A stretch of 63,546 bases of DNA, counting the filler, from Bigelowiella natans CCMP2755 (taxonomy: Eukaryota; Protista; Cercozoa): NCBI GenBank assembly GCA_000320545.1. It is 8 parts of 8 records of this genome, joined end to end, with 100 filler letters (N's around TTAATTAATTAA, not from the genome) between each part and the next. Parts side by side here need not be neighbours in the genome. Positions count along the whole stretch, not along the records: positions 1 to 14,254 come from ADNK01000456.1; 7 more parts are not named here. The stretch is one strand, 5' to 3'. Shown here piece after piece: positions 1-12,113 of the stretch. The notes beneath the pieces were generated by a model. That model saw only the letters and a list, made by a program, of their open reading frames with translations. It did not search any database and had not been told where the DNA came from. The position numbers and the translations under genes are program-made. Within the stretch, counting starts at the first letter, position 1. Every line of letters begins with the position of its first letter.

Positions 1-12
1 AAATATATAGGT

Positions 13-808
13 ACCTTTCTTGATGGGCCCCTCTGGAAAAAGAGGCCACCCCTTTGTTTGGTAGAAGATTTTTGGGTGATTTTTCCCCGGGGGGGGGGAG
101 GGAGGGAGGGAGGGAGGGAGAGTTAGGGTTAGGGTTAGGGTTCAGCAGGAGGCGGTTTAGAAATAAGACACTTACGCTTAGTGCACATGATATCATCATG
201 AGGAGTGCAGCAACAATCAATGAACACGGAACACTCGACGAGACAACAGGCCACATCAATGTGTGCATTATTGAGAGGATAACTGGAATATTCGCACGTA
301 TTTTGCTCCCTTCCTCCTCTCCCCCCCCCCCCCGTTTACTCCGAGAAGTAGCGGTAGCAGCAGCAGTGGCATTATTACCAAAGAAAGCTGCCCTTGCGGT
401 AGGGTAGGTCTTGCACTCTAAATCAGCTTGCATGCACGTTTTGGCCGTGTCGGCTGATGGGTGGTTCATGATGGAGAAGGAGGGGGAGGGGGAGTGACAG
501 GGGTAAGGGTAGAACAAGCAAGGAGGAAACATATAAACAACAAGATGCAAGAATATAAGCTTCAACTTGCACTCGTCGATGACCAACGTGCAAACGGACG
601 ATATGAATGATAAGCATCATGCCAAATCGTGAAGTTGATCCAGCATACACGTTTCCACCCAAAGCACATACGCGCTACTACTTATTTACAATATATTATC
701 TGCTCTCCCTTCGGTGCATGATCTCCATTCTCACGTCGTGGTCTGTCACCGCACCTGGGTGCGTCAGCACTGCTGCAATGACTCCTGCCGTCGTACTCCC
801 TGAGCACG

Positions 809-840
<32 letters not shown>

Positions 841-2148
841 GGTTAACGACAATAACAAATAACAATAAATATAATAATAGTAATAAATATGATGGCCGCA
901 TGCACAATCATCAAAGCCATTGGTGCGTGATCGCGACCAGCAAATGTGCACGCACACAACGCTGCATACTTCTCGTGCAACGAGAGACGATATTTCGTCC
1001 ACACCGAGGAGGCGGGAGAGACAGAGGTTCCCCCGCCTACTGCCTTACCACCATCGTCGGTGTTTCCTTGTTATGGCTGCTAGGTATGTGGTTGGACGGC
1101 ATCTTGCCACGCTGCGCTCACATCACCTGCCAGCCCAGATGCGTAGTCTTTTCCCTTGAACGTTTCCATCTGACATAACAGGTGTTTCGTGGTGACATTA
1201 ATCATCGTCGTCATCATCATCGTCATCATCTTCGTCGTCATCATCGTCATCGCCGCTGCCCATATTATCGAAATTCCTATCGAAGCGTACGTCGCTTGTG
1301 ACTAGGGCCTTCGTCAGAACAGGAGCCATTCCCAGGTAGCCTCCCGTGTATATTGCTTCTCGCACCACCTAAGCAGCCCACAGCAAGAGATTAGTAATGA
1401 GTTGGGGAGAAACAAATGACCTCGGTGTTATGACAGAGAGAGGGAGAGAGAGTGGAGCGAAGAAAAGGAGGAGGAGGAGGTGGAGGAGGAGGAGGAGGGG
1501 AGGAAGAAGAAGAAGAGGAGGTTATTTTGTTTTCGTGGTTGGGTAGAGTCTGCATGTAGCAATATGAATTATGATGATGATGATGATGATGATGATGATT
1601 ATGATGAATAACCCTCCCTCCTCCTCCTCCTCCTCCTTCTTCTTCTTCTTCTTCTTCTTGTTTTTTCCTTCCTCCCTCCCCCCCTTCGCACTACTCTCAA
1701 TCAACTTCATCGCTACCGTTGAGCAAAATCCACGGAAGATGCCGTTGGTAACACCGAATTCCTTCGAGATATGTTTGATCTGCGACGCCATCATCGTATT
1801 GTCATCGTTCAGCATGCGGAGCGCATAGACGGATAGATAATATCAGCAACAAGACTTACGAGGAGGAGTTTGATGGCAATAACCAATACTATGTGAGAAT
1901 CATGATCATCATGATCATGATCATCATCATCATCATCAAGTTGAAATAATTCGTCATCTCGTCGCACCGTGTCAACTACGCCCAGTTTCATCTTTTGCTG
2001 CTGGATCATGATCAAATCAACCGGGCCATAGCTGAGTAGGAAGGAGGAGGATTAGGAGCTCATCGATAATGCACACGTCGATACGCGCGTCGTACTAACG
2101 CAGTATGAACGATGATTTACATATTTACCCCTCCACCATCACCACCAC

Positions 2149-2184
<36 letters not shown>

Positions 2185-2372
2185 ATCGTCACACTTGCTT
2201 TTCCATAAAATCCATGCTGTAGCACGTTAATAGTCGCAGTAGTATAACGTAGGAGTAATAATAGTGGTATATATGTACAGAGTTGCTGAGGTTCCGCCGG
2301 CCATCATTGCGCAACCTGGTATGGCCATTTCATTCACGGGAAGTTATGTTTAAGTCGTATGCCACGCACACG

Positions 2373-2403
<31 letters not shown>

Positions 2404-2814
2404 TCTATCTATCTATCTTTCTCTCTTATACTGTTATTGTACGCACGCTATTTTTTGGTGAAGTATGTCCGCATTTCATAAAAATGGCGAATTAGGAAGT
2501 ATTATCATCAACATCACCGATAGTTTCGACGTCGGAGAGATTCCTCTTCCCCCCGGTGACTACTTTCTCCATTAACCCGTTTACCATCACCTACCAATCA
2601 TCATTATTATCAACTCAAGACACACTTCATCTTCGGCTGCTGTGAAGATAGAAGTAGGTACTATGTTATTCACTCTAACCCAACTCATCAACAACGCTGA
2701 CAACTGCTTATTACTTCTCACCGGCAAGACTATTGTTAAAAGGTGTAATAACTCCCCCACAACCACCATCCCCACCCCCACTGTCAGCATATCAGTAAAG
2801 AATAAGTACTGTGA

Positions 2815-2845
<31 letters not shown>

Positions 2846-3593
2846 CTGGAAAGCAGTGATAGGTGCTAGTGTCCCTGCTTGGATTCCTAGTCCACGATAC
2901 CTGGCGCAAATGGTGTTATTATTACGGTGGCTACTGCGTTGAAAGGAGGAGGAGGGGGAGATAGGCGATGTTTACTAATAGTATTGCTTATGCGTTACAG
3001 TGTTTTAACTTCTGGCGATATTAACAAATCTTACCATTCAGGAAGGCGGGTGGGGAGCGGACGACCCTATGAATAACCACGATGAAAGTATATATGTTTC
3101 AAGATTTTCGAATGTAGTAGGGATGATGCGACGGCGATGATTGCTCATCACGGCTACATAAAAGGCGGAGATGTTGATAAGGTGGATGAGGGGCGAGAGA
3201 AGGTGACGATAGCGGTGACAATGATGCATTATTTAAATTACCGAATAAAATGTAAACATTAAGCTTGCTAGAGACTAGTACTGGTTATATTATAGGGTTA
3301 TACATATTAGCTGACTTGTTTACCTCTTGTGTTGCGAATTTCAGTGTGAGCAGAGGCATTTGTAGAGTCTAAAAGGGGGAAAGCAAATATATCCGCAGAA
3401 ACGAAAGTATCAAGGTGGCATCCATGTCCCACACAAGCTGCTAGACGATGACAAAAAAAAGGTGGAACAACTAGATACATCTCGCAAACAATGGGACACA
3501 TACCGTCTCAAGTGTACCCCCGACTGCTCCCACGAGCAGATTTTCCATGGGTGTAAGCTGTGCACGCATCTTGGGCTTGTTTTGGCTAGACAT
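13..3593 (-). CDS. Mitochondrial carrier family (SLC25/MCF) protein, multi-exon, 3' end runs off the window start
   Basis: Hand-spliced GT-AG exons give MSSQNKPKMRAQLTPMENLLVGAVGGTLET/TLQMPLLTLKFATQE/GRPLPTRLPEW/YRGLGIQAGTLAPITAFQ/VMVNGLMEKVVTGGKRNLSDVETIG/CAMMAGGTSATL/YGPVDLIMIQQQKMKLG/...GIFRGFCST/VVREAIYTGGYLGMAPVL.../GSTTAGVIAAVLTHP/ADTAKTCMQAD. This contains three carrier repeats with Px[DE]xx[KR]-type signatures and YRG/FRG motifs. Confidence 0.92.
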
Positions 3594-5341
3594 GGTAGAC
3601 AGCTACTTCAGGACGAAATGAGCTTGAAACCGAGCTTGAAACCAGCAGCGTTTGTTCCTGATGAGGAATCGCGTTCGGAGGGGAAGGAGGCTGAATTTGT
3701 TGTCTTTCTCAAAAATAATGAGTCTCGGAGAGTCTCGATATCTCTTCGAGGACTTTTGGACTCCGAACCTGGATTCCGATCGTGCTTATTTTTCAAAGGA
3801 TAAAGTGCCGCCGTACACGAGAAACGTAGCAGATTGATCGCATTCGAACCGATCCTTAATTTCTCCTTTCGACGTCTTCAATGTTGACGCACAGGAAAGA
3901 TGAACGAGTATAAGACAGATTCTTGGCTGCCGTCGAATTGTTTTCAAATCACAAACAATGATCTCGACGAAATATTATACAAATATGTCTTACAAAATAC
4001 CTCCCTTTCTTCACTCGGAAACATTTTACAGGCATAATTAGCCCAATCTACATGATTAAAAATTATTTTTAATTTTTTTGCATTTCGAACTTTGCTGACT
4101 CCATCCGTTTAGACCTACTTTGCTTTCCCTTTACTTTATATTCTCTCGAAATACACATCGAGTAAGGGGAGAGATATATCTCTTTTTGAATTCGGCACAT
4201 TTTGATCATTATATTAGAATTTCCAATGCCAATTTTATCATTTTTACGGTACAAACGGGTATTTTAAATATTTTCTCTGAATGGAAAGAGAGTTTTACAG
4301 GGGGGTTAGAAAGACAGCTGTCTTTTGCTTCTCTCTTCTGTTCCTCAGCAGCAAGGTAAAGGCGAAAAGACTATCAAGTAAAGTAAAGTTGAGGCTCGGA
4401 AGGTACATGGGATTTCGCCTCATATTTTCGGCTTATTTTCGTAATTACATTGAAAATACTGTAGATTTATGTAAATATTTATAAGTTCCGGAATTACCGA
4501 AAGTAGCAAAAGCACAACGTTGTTCACTATATTACCCGATTATGATAGAATCGATTGAAAGGAAGTTTTTGAAGATAAAAGTGTACTATATTTTCAACTC
4601 TCTTTCAATAATATGAAGTATTCGGATTCTGAATAAAATTGAAAATCTTAAAATACATTTTCCAGGATATTTATACCATATTCAAGCCTCAGTAGTCTTT
4701 CGGATAAATAAATAGCCTAGTATCTTTTGGTCTATCTTTTCCGTAAATATAAAATACATGCTATTTGCGATAAGAGACAAGATAGAATTTGTTATATTCA
4801 GTACTAAATTGAATCTTTTATGTAAAAAAGGTGACGAGAGAGTGTGAAGAAAGACAGCTAGATAGGGAGATAGTTATGTGGGGGAAAGTTACATCTCCAG
4901 CCCTACAATGATTCACTTGAAATGGATTTCTAAACTTTTTGTAATATATTAAATTAAAAAGACAAATACAATTTCATGTCGTATTTCATTTACATTCTTT
5001 CCTTATGCGAACGGAAAAATAGGCCTTTACTTCGATAATTTGAAATCCACTAGTGTTGTGTCAGACTGGCCCTCTGAGCTCCGATTTTTTATCCAGTCCG
5101 AAATTATGACCTATCCTAATACGACATAAGATTTGTACGATTATTTTATTAAATATAGTTCCTTTTTGATTTGCTTCTCAACTTTTTCTGAGATAAATAG
5201 ATTGTCCGGAAAAAAGAGAGAGAGAGAGTTCCGTAGGGACCGGAACTACAACCTAACAACCTCCCGCACCCGCCCCTCCCCTCCCTTCCATCTTCCGAAC
5301 CTCGCCATGATCGTCACATCAGCACGCGCCGGGCAAGATCA

Positions 5342-6478
5342 ATGGATACAATCGCATGGGATGGGCCAACAGAGGTACTATATTGGATGATGGTTCGAGA
5401 GGGTTGGGATAATCCATCAGTTGTTAACGGGGGGGGGTTTCAAGGAGGTTATATGTTTTGTGACAGTGATACATTAAGCTCACAATATGTGCTTCTGGAT
5501 ATTTTTAGGGCACCTGAAAAAAGCAGTGAGGGAGATCACTCGCCCAAACCTAGGCAAATGAAGCATGGAGTGCGCCATCATATAGAAGACGCATACCAGC
5601 ATGATGAGGTTCTCGCAGATTTTCTTGCGGCCCTTCATCGACGGCCCAGTCGTTCGGCACTGCGAGGAAATGGAGGAGAGGGTAGTGTAGGTGGAGTTAA
5701 GCGGGAGATCCAACATGATCGCAATTTGCATCGAGGGAATGCGAGGCGATCTGTTTCAAAGTTGGATAGGAAGTCAAGAGTGGAGGAAACCCCTAGACGC
5801 GGCGTAATGTCCTCCTTGGAGCAAGAATTGTTCCTCGATGGAGCGACAGATGATGATGCTGTTGCAATAAGCTGTTTACAACATCTCAGCCGTGCCATTC
5901 CAAAACTAGAACCCTCACGAGGGATCCGGTCGCCGCGAGGTTCGTCTCGAAACCCTCGTGAACCACGGGAACAACCTCGTCAGCAGCAGCAACGGAAGCA
6001 GCAGCAACAGCCGCAACAACAGCAACAACCACAAATGGACCAGCCACTGCCACAGTTGGAGCAGATGTCATCAGCAGGATCGGATTGTTCGTCTGCCCAC
6101 AGTCGAAGGACTCGGGTACCGATGGCTTGTACACGTTGCAAAATGGCTCATACTAGGTGCGATACAAAAAGGCCCTGTGGACGCTGCATTCGACGAGGGG
6201 TAGCGGACTCCTGTGTCGATGCAATCCCAAAGCGAAGAGGGAGGAAAAGGTCTGAGGAAATGGAGCTATCAATGGAACGTTCAATAAGACCGCGTCTTGT
6301 AGTGAACGAATCAAAGAACGGCGAGTTTGCGAAAGATGAGTACGGAGAAGAGGGTGGTTCACCAAGTTCTGACTCTGTGACACGCTCGTGGAGCTCTAGA
6401 CAATCGTCTCCGAAGAATGGATTGACACCATCGAACTCATACTCCCGGCAGCAACGGGTGGACTCTTCAGGCTACTGA
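5342..6478 (+). CDS. Zn(II)2Cys6 binuclear-cluster transcription factor with Q-rich tract, single exon, start uncertain
   Basis: 378-aa ORF containing CTRCKMAHTRCDTKRPCGRCIRRGVADSC (6128-6214, Cx2Cx6Cx5Cx2Cx8C), followed by basic PKRRGRKR and preceded by a poly-Q region. Confidence 0.88.
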   Translation: MDTIAWDGPTEVLYWMMVREGWDNPSVVNGGGFQGGYMFCDSDTLSSQYVLLDIFRAPEKSSEGDHSPKPRQMKHGVRHHIEDAYQHDEVLADFLAALHRRPSRSALRGNGGEGSVGGVKREIQHDRNLHRGNARRSVSKLDRKSRVEETPRRGVMSSLEQELFLDGATDDDAVAISCLQHLSRAIPKLEPSRGIRSPRGSSRNPREPREQPRQQQQRKQQQQPQQQQQPQMDQPLPQLEQMSSAGSDCSSAHSRRTRVPMACTRCKMAHTRCDTKRPCGRCIRRGVADSCVDAIPKRRGRKRSEEMELSMERSIRPRLVVNESKNGEFAKDEYGEEGGSPSSDSVTRSWSSRQSSPKNGLTPSNSYSRQQRVDSSGY

Positions 6479-6949
6479 AATGTATAGCTAATCAAGCAGA
6501 GTCACCCGGAGACTTTCTTTTCTTTTTAAGTTCTGGTGGATCTTAATTTTTTAAAACTGAAAAAAAATCAAAATACGTGGGAAACTACAGAGTTGGATGA
6601 ACAGCTGTATAAATTGGAAAACTTGCTGAGACATATGCTCGACGCCCCTGGAGAAAATTTAATGGGCGAGTAAGCTCAGATGTCACCGAATTACGATTCG
6701 TTTGCCAAGGTCTTAAGTACTTGAGCACATCCACTTTCCACAAGTCATTTGGTTACCTTAAGGGTACAAAGGCACAGAGAAATGAGATAAGAAATTTGCA
6801 AATGGTCCGTTTTTATTTCAGAAGACTTGCTCATGTAATCTCGATCACAAGCAAAAAAGCTTACTTAAAATTGAATAAAATCATTGCAAACCAACACGCT
6901 CAAGTGCATCACATGTGTATATGATGAAGTATTGCACATGGCACAACGT

Positions 6950-8150
6950 GACTGCTTTTCATGATAGAGATGCGATGAATACGAGAACCTCCTAGGAACA
7001 TTCAGCATGTCTAGATGTGCGAACGACAATCACTCATAACAAATAAGCATATAAGACGGATGTAATAAATAAAATTAAATTTGTTCATGGTCACAAACTA
7101 GCTAGCATAGTCATCCTCATAACAAGCTGTGCAGTCATGTACCGATCCTACATCTACCATGTGCTAGTAACCGAATAGAAACTTTGCATTCTTTAGCATT
7201 CTAGCATTGTTACGTACGACGATAATCTATCTCTATATTAGCTAGATGTATCGTAAACTGTTGACACACATACATTTCAGTCGCGCGCCCCTCTCTAGCC
7301 TCTAGCCCTACTAGCTAGCTAGCCTACGCTAAGCTACGTGCTACCTGCTATAGCTAGATAGCCTGCTAGCCTGCTAGCCATTCAATCTAGCATTGTCTAG
7401 TGCGTAACGTCAGATCGAGCCCTTTGGCTCTTACTAGTTGCATTGCTAGATATATGTGTGCATGCGCTAGCATGCAGCATGCTAGCATGCATACAGATAC
7501 GTCTAGATGTTGTTGTGCTTGGCATCGCATGTACCATATCTACATAGCTAGCTAGCTAGCTAGCTAGCCTAGCAGGCCTCTACTAGTATACTAGTCATGA
7601 CGACTTTTGCCTCTAGGCCCATCTAGCTATCTAGCTAGCTATGCTAGCATGCATTCATTGCATCACAGATAATAATACACACAACATAGCGATAGCAGGT
7701 ATAGAGAGCGACTGGTCTAGTGGTCGCTGCGTTAATAAGCGAACAGCACCACGCGTGTATACATCGTATGCGTGTATGCCCATGTGTCGCGCTGCGCGGC
7801 AGCACAACTAGACAAATTAACAGGCATCGCACAGCAATCTAGCTAGATGCGACGATGCACAGTACCTGGCTAGCTGGCTCTGGGCTATCTAGCTATATCT
7901 AGATATGCGCGCGATGTGCGATGCACATCGTAGCATCATGTATGTTCCGGAGCGTTGTAGCATTGCTGACGCATTGATATATTGAAGGTTACATACCTGG
8001 GATAGCGTTTGCATAAGCGACCTGGTAGCGGCTTGCGCTTTGTTCAGCGTGTTGTTATTCTAGCAGCCATGCTTGCTTGCGCGCACTAGCTGCTGCATGC
8101 AATATGAGGCCAGCTAGCCGGTCCCGTGTACTAGCTAGCTAGTGTACATC
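6950..8150. other. CTAG/AGCT/TGCA/CATG-rich intergenic tract between convergent genes
   Basis: Dense (TAGC)n runs such as 7546-7572 and palindromic tetramers. Similar tracts occur at about 19130-19700, 23200-23960, 32800-33320, 36270-36850, 39840-40760 and 48330-49090. Confidence 0.8.
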
Positions 8151-8467
8151 TATAAGCAGATTTTCAGTGCATTCTTTCTTTGTTATTACAGAGTTAATAT
8201 TGAAGAGCTGCTTGAGCAGGCCTCTTGGCAAGATCTTCAGGTATCGTGGAGGTAGGAGGTAAGGAGGTAAGGAGGTAGGAGAAAATTCAACTCTTTCGTT
8301 ACTACTCAAATCTTCTGGTTCCCCATTGTACAAGCTTATACGAAGGCATAATCTCGATCGCTCGATGATCTTTGCGAGTTCTCAGCCACAAGTAACAATC
8401 TATTGGAAAAAAGCTCTTCATTGTGTGCACAGCAGTAGTTCAATCTCCGGGTTGATCGATGACTATG

Positions 8468-10756
8468 CTAACATGCGCGTATTACTGCGGGCGCATCTGC
8501 CGGCATAGAGGCCACTTGTCCAACCTTTTCCAGTACTTGGATATACTTCCCTTCAGTTGTACTGATCTTTAGGTTCAGATCATCTGATGTCCCACGCTTC
8601 ACAAGGGTGACTGTGAAATTCGCACCCGCTCCCCCTCCTCCCCCTCCCCCTCCTAACCTGAGAACATCAAGCAAATGGCCTCGGTAGGCTATCCCACGTA
8701 GCTTCAATCTTGTCCCGCCTGGAGGAACACGAGGCTGGAGATACATAGCATCCTGTGTGTAGCGAATACCCCCAAAGCCATATCCAATGGCTCCTAGAAA
8801 TCCCCCAGCACCTGTGACGAAGTTGGTTGCTCCACCGCCATCGGGCTCTTCGGTCCATACATGAAAAGGGGCCTTGCTATTTGCGTAGGCTCTCGCAAAA
8901 AAAGAGGCCGCCCTGACTTGGTCGTTCAGCCAAAGGTAACCTACGCTATAGGCACCCCAAGTCATTGCAGGGCCATTTTTGTCCGTCTTGTTCGAGTAGT
9001 AATCAAGGTTTAGCTTCGACATGGTATCGTTCTGGATGAAGTTCAACGGAAACATGAGCAGAGCGACATCGGCCTGTTTTATCGTCTGTCCCGAGTAGTT
9101 GTCATACTCGAGGGTGATACCAACACCTTCGTCATATGGAATACTAGCCCGTAGGCCTCTCGCAATGCCCTGCCATTGGTCCAGCTGTGCTTTCGTATGG
9201 TTCCCCTTCTTTCCTTGGACGCTTCCTAACAGTTCACAAGCGAATTCCAGCGACATAGCAGCCACTGCATTAGTGTATGCGCTGTTGTTGACGTTAACGG
9301 AATATTCATCGGGCGGCGTGACGTTTTCGATGACCCAAATATTATCTCCATCACTCCCTGCTGCGTGGTTCCCGAGCAGACGCGCTCTCGACGCCCAGAA
9401 CGTACCAATGCCTTCCATCATCGGGACGGCCCGTGACATCGCCCATTCGTCATCGTGGGTTGCGTATAAGAGTTGCTGTATAGCGATGGCAATATCACCG
9501 GTCACGTGTTGCTCGTAGCGTCCTGTTGATGCCTTCAGGGGTGTTGCTTCTTCGCCTGAGAACGCTGACTCCCATGGAAACATCGTCCCCTGATAACCAT
9601 TTGGGGGATAGAAGCTTGCGTTGTGCGCCTTTGCGTGGGCGCCGGCGATATGGTTGTAGCGGTATTCCAGGAGGCCTCGAGCTCCATCGGGATCAAAGAG
9701 AAGGACAGGGGGGTACATCCACGATTCTTGATCCCAGAAAACATGGCCGTTGTACGCGTTGCTAGCGAGCCCACCAGGCGAAAGGCCCCAAGGATGGTCT
9801 GGCCGGTGAAACGATGTAATATAGTATAGAGATGAATTGATCGCCCGGGCTAATTCGAGGCTGTTCTCAGTATCTACACCAACCTCAATCCCTCTCCATT
9901 TCCAGATTTCCTTGGCCCATGCATCCCTGTGGGTGGTGCTGAGCGTATCCAGACCCACTAAAGTCTGCGCGAGCTCGTAGCTTGCTATTGCTGCGGGGAG
10001 CGTGCTACTTGAGGGATCTTCAATGCTAGAATGGATTGCGGTAGCAAAGGTCCATGTGCGCGATGATGAATTGGCCGGGAGTTCCAGAACTCGGCCGCCT
10101 GCTGGGATATCTGCGGTTACCACAGCGACTTCGACAACGTCGGATCCAGAGATCTCCGGGGTAGCTGTTGTTCCTACCCATGCTATTGCTCCCGGAGGAA
10201 GGGACTTTGCCTCGTTTCTTGTGAATGATATGTCAGGTGATGAACTCATGTTAAGGTCTTGGGACACAACGATGGACACAGAATCGCCACCAACTGGGCG
10301 CTCGATCACAACTTCCACAGCCGCAATATTTCGAAGGATCTGGTGAGCGAAAAACCTCAATTCCACCGTCGCATTTACTTCTGGAACAACATAGCGCTTT
10401 ATAACTTGCCCGTGAGATAAATCGAGGGCCAACCCCACAAAAGTAAGCTGTCTGTCTATGCCCAGCGCAGTCACGTTGAGAGGGCTTGGGACAATGGCTC
10501 TGTGAGTCGGGTTTGATTCAGACCGAAGGGGTCCGTTGAATACCCCTCCGACGTACAAAATTGCTGAGTCTACCACCGTAGCCATGAATCCGTTTCCCAC
10601 CGAAGGGTACAGATCTGGCCGAACACCGTCCAGATCTGGACTGAACAACATGTCGGCCTTGGCTACAGCATCCTCCCAATCTGGAGGGGGGATACGCAGC
10701 GCTGTGAGACCGCAGGCAAGGAAGTACCCGAGGAAGAGAAAAGAAGCCTTGCACAT
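8468..10756 (-). CDS. Secreted glycoside hydrolase family 65 (protein-glucosylgalactosylhydroxylysine glucosidase / acid trehalase-like), intronless, about 762 aa
   Basis: GH65 motifs YNGHVFWDQESW, MFPWESA, EQHVTGDIA, PPDEY (catalytic acid), NNSAYTN, IKQADVALL, GPAMTW, NFVTGAGGFL. The likely start at 10756 gives a signal-peptide-like MCKASFLFLGYFLACGLTA. Many N-x-S/T sequons. Confidence 0.92.
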   Translation of the reverse strand: MCKASFLFLGYFLACGLTALRIPPPDWEDAVAKADMLFSPDLDGVRPDLYPSVGNGFMATVVDSAILYVGGVFNGPLRSESNPTHRAIVPSPLNVTALGIDRQLTFVGLALDLSHGQVIKRYVVPEVNATVELRFFAHQILRNIAAVEVVIERPVGGDSVSIVVSQDLNMSSSPDISFTRNEAKSLPPGAIAWVGTTATPEISGSDVVEVAVVTADIPAGGRVLELPANSSSRTWTFATAIHSSIEDPSSSTLPAAIASYELAQTLVGLDTLSTTHRDAWAKEIWKWRGIEVGVDTENSLELARAINSSLYYITSFHRPDHPWGLSPGGLASNAYNGHVFWDQESWMYPPVLLFDPDGARGLLEYRYNHIAGAHAKAHNASFYPPNGYQGTMFPWESAFSGEEATPLKASTGRYEQHVTGDIAIAIQQLLYATHDDEWAMSRAVPMMEGIGTFWASRARLLGNHAAGSDGDNIWVIENVTPPDEYSVNVNNSAYTNAVAAMSLEFACELLGSVQGKKGNHTKAQLDQWQGIARGLRASIPYDEGVGITLEYDNYSGQTIKQADVALLMFPLNFIQNDTMSKLNLDYYSNKTDKNGPAMTWGAYSVGYLWLNDQVRAASFFARAYANSKAPFHVWTEEPDGGGATNFVTGAGGFLGAIGYGFGGIRYTQDAMYLQPRVPPGGTRLKLRGIAYRGHLLDVLRLGGGGGGGGAGANFTVTLVKRGTSDDLNLKISTTEGKYIQVLEKVGQVASMPADAPAVIRAC

Positions 10757-11254
10757 CAGCACGACGGCACAGTTCGGCGTGGCGGCAGCTGTGTGCGACG
10801 GGTGTCGTACTCGTGTGTGTGAGTATGCGAGGAGGGAGGTATGAGCGGGCAAGTCGGAAGCAATTTCTCGATGAATATGCCCTGTGTTTCTTTCCTGCGA
10901 CAACAAATTAATCGTAGTACTGTCTATCATTAAATCAATTCGGCTCGTTTGGGAAGAAATATCGCGCGATCTTATCGATGATATGGAGAACATGATTGGT
11001 CTGGTCAGAATTGGTGTCGCACCGATCGCCAAGGTGCATGTGCACCATCAATATCCGTAAAATATCCTAGAATATTGAACCATATTTGCGTCGTGAAATT
11101 GTCAATTCCAAGCACGCAAACCTCGTGACGTCCATCGAACGCCCTCCTCCTCCTCTCCCCCACAGCCACTATTCAGCAATCTTCATCTTCTAAGACCAGA
11201 CCCCTCGGATCTGAATCCAATAGTCGCCCAGAAAAGCGCCAGCGGACAATCGGG

Positions 11255-11594
11255 ATGGCAGCGAACGAGGAGAAGACCGACGAGGTGTCCCCGTACATAT
11301 TAAGGTTGTCTTTGCCAGCTTCCTTCCTTCCTCCTCTCGCAAGGAGAGCGTCTCTGAACCATTGCCTGGGCACGATCCATTCAAATTTTGGTTGCTTGCT
11401 GTTATTGCCTCTGAATCTACACCACGACGAGGAGTAGTTTCGTTAACATCCTAATAATCGCTTGTTTATCAGTGCGACCCTTCCACACGGAAGCGGCGCT
11501 AGAGAGATTGCGGTAGAAAGGTACTGCCTCTAGAGGGAGCGAATGATGTAGTAGTAGTAGTACTAGTAGTAATAGTAGTAGTAGTAGTAGTGGT

Positions 11595-11650
<56 letters not shown>

Positions 11651-12057
11651 GCAAGTGGTAGTGAATAGACCGACAGAGCAAAAAGTACGTAATCGAACCC
11701 CTCCAACGAGAGCATATCCAGTGGACACCGTGTCACCTAATATTGAAGCGAACAACTCGCAGTCTTCTTTTGATGGAAAAATTCACAATCTTAACACTAA
11801 TTATTCCCAGCAACAACCGGCTCCTGGTCGCCGAAGCCAACACTGGCAGCGTGCGGGTATGGGAGAAGAATCATCAAGGATGGGAACTGAAACCGATGTC
11901 TTCCGGCAAGGAAAAGTTGCACCAGGGGCTATGCATGGTTGTGTCCGCGCTGGCGGACGCGAAGGGGTACGCTGTGCGAGAGGATGGGTGTACATTTTTA
12001 CCGCACTTGCGTTTGTGCAATGTACAGCTGCAACACCTGATGGTTGTTGGCCGCGAT

Positions 12058-12113
<56 letters not shown>

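Noticed and set aside
123-140. (TTAGGG)3 telomere-like repeat
   Set aside because: Only three copies, inside an intron of the carrier gene in an SSR-rich genome. It is not a chromosome end.
8248-8280. AGGAGGT repeats resembling Shine-Dalgarno sites
   Set aside because: Short tandem repeat in a eukaryotic 3' flank with no downstream ORF.
10757-11032. 92-aa N-terminal extension of the GH65 ORF
   Set aside because: The ORF-track start is non-ATG, and the region lies in the divergent promoter/UTR, ahead of a clear signal peptide.
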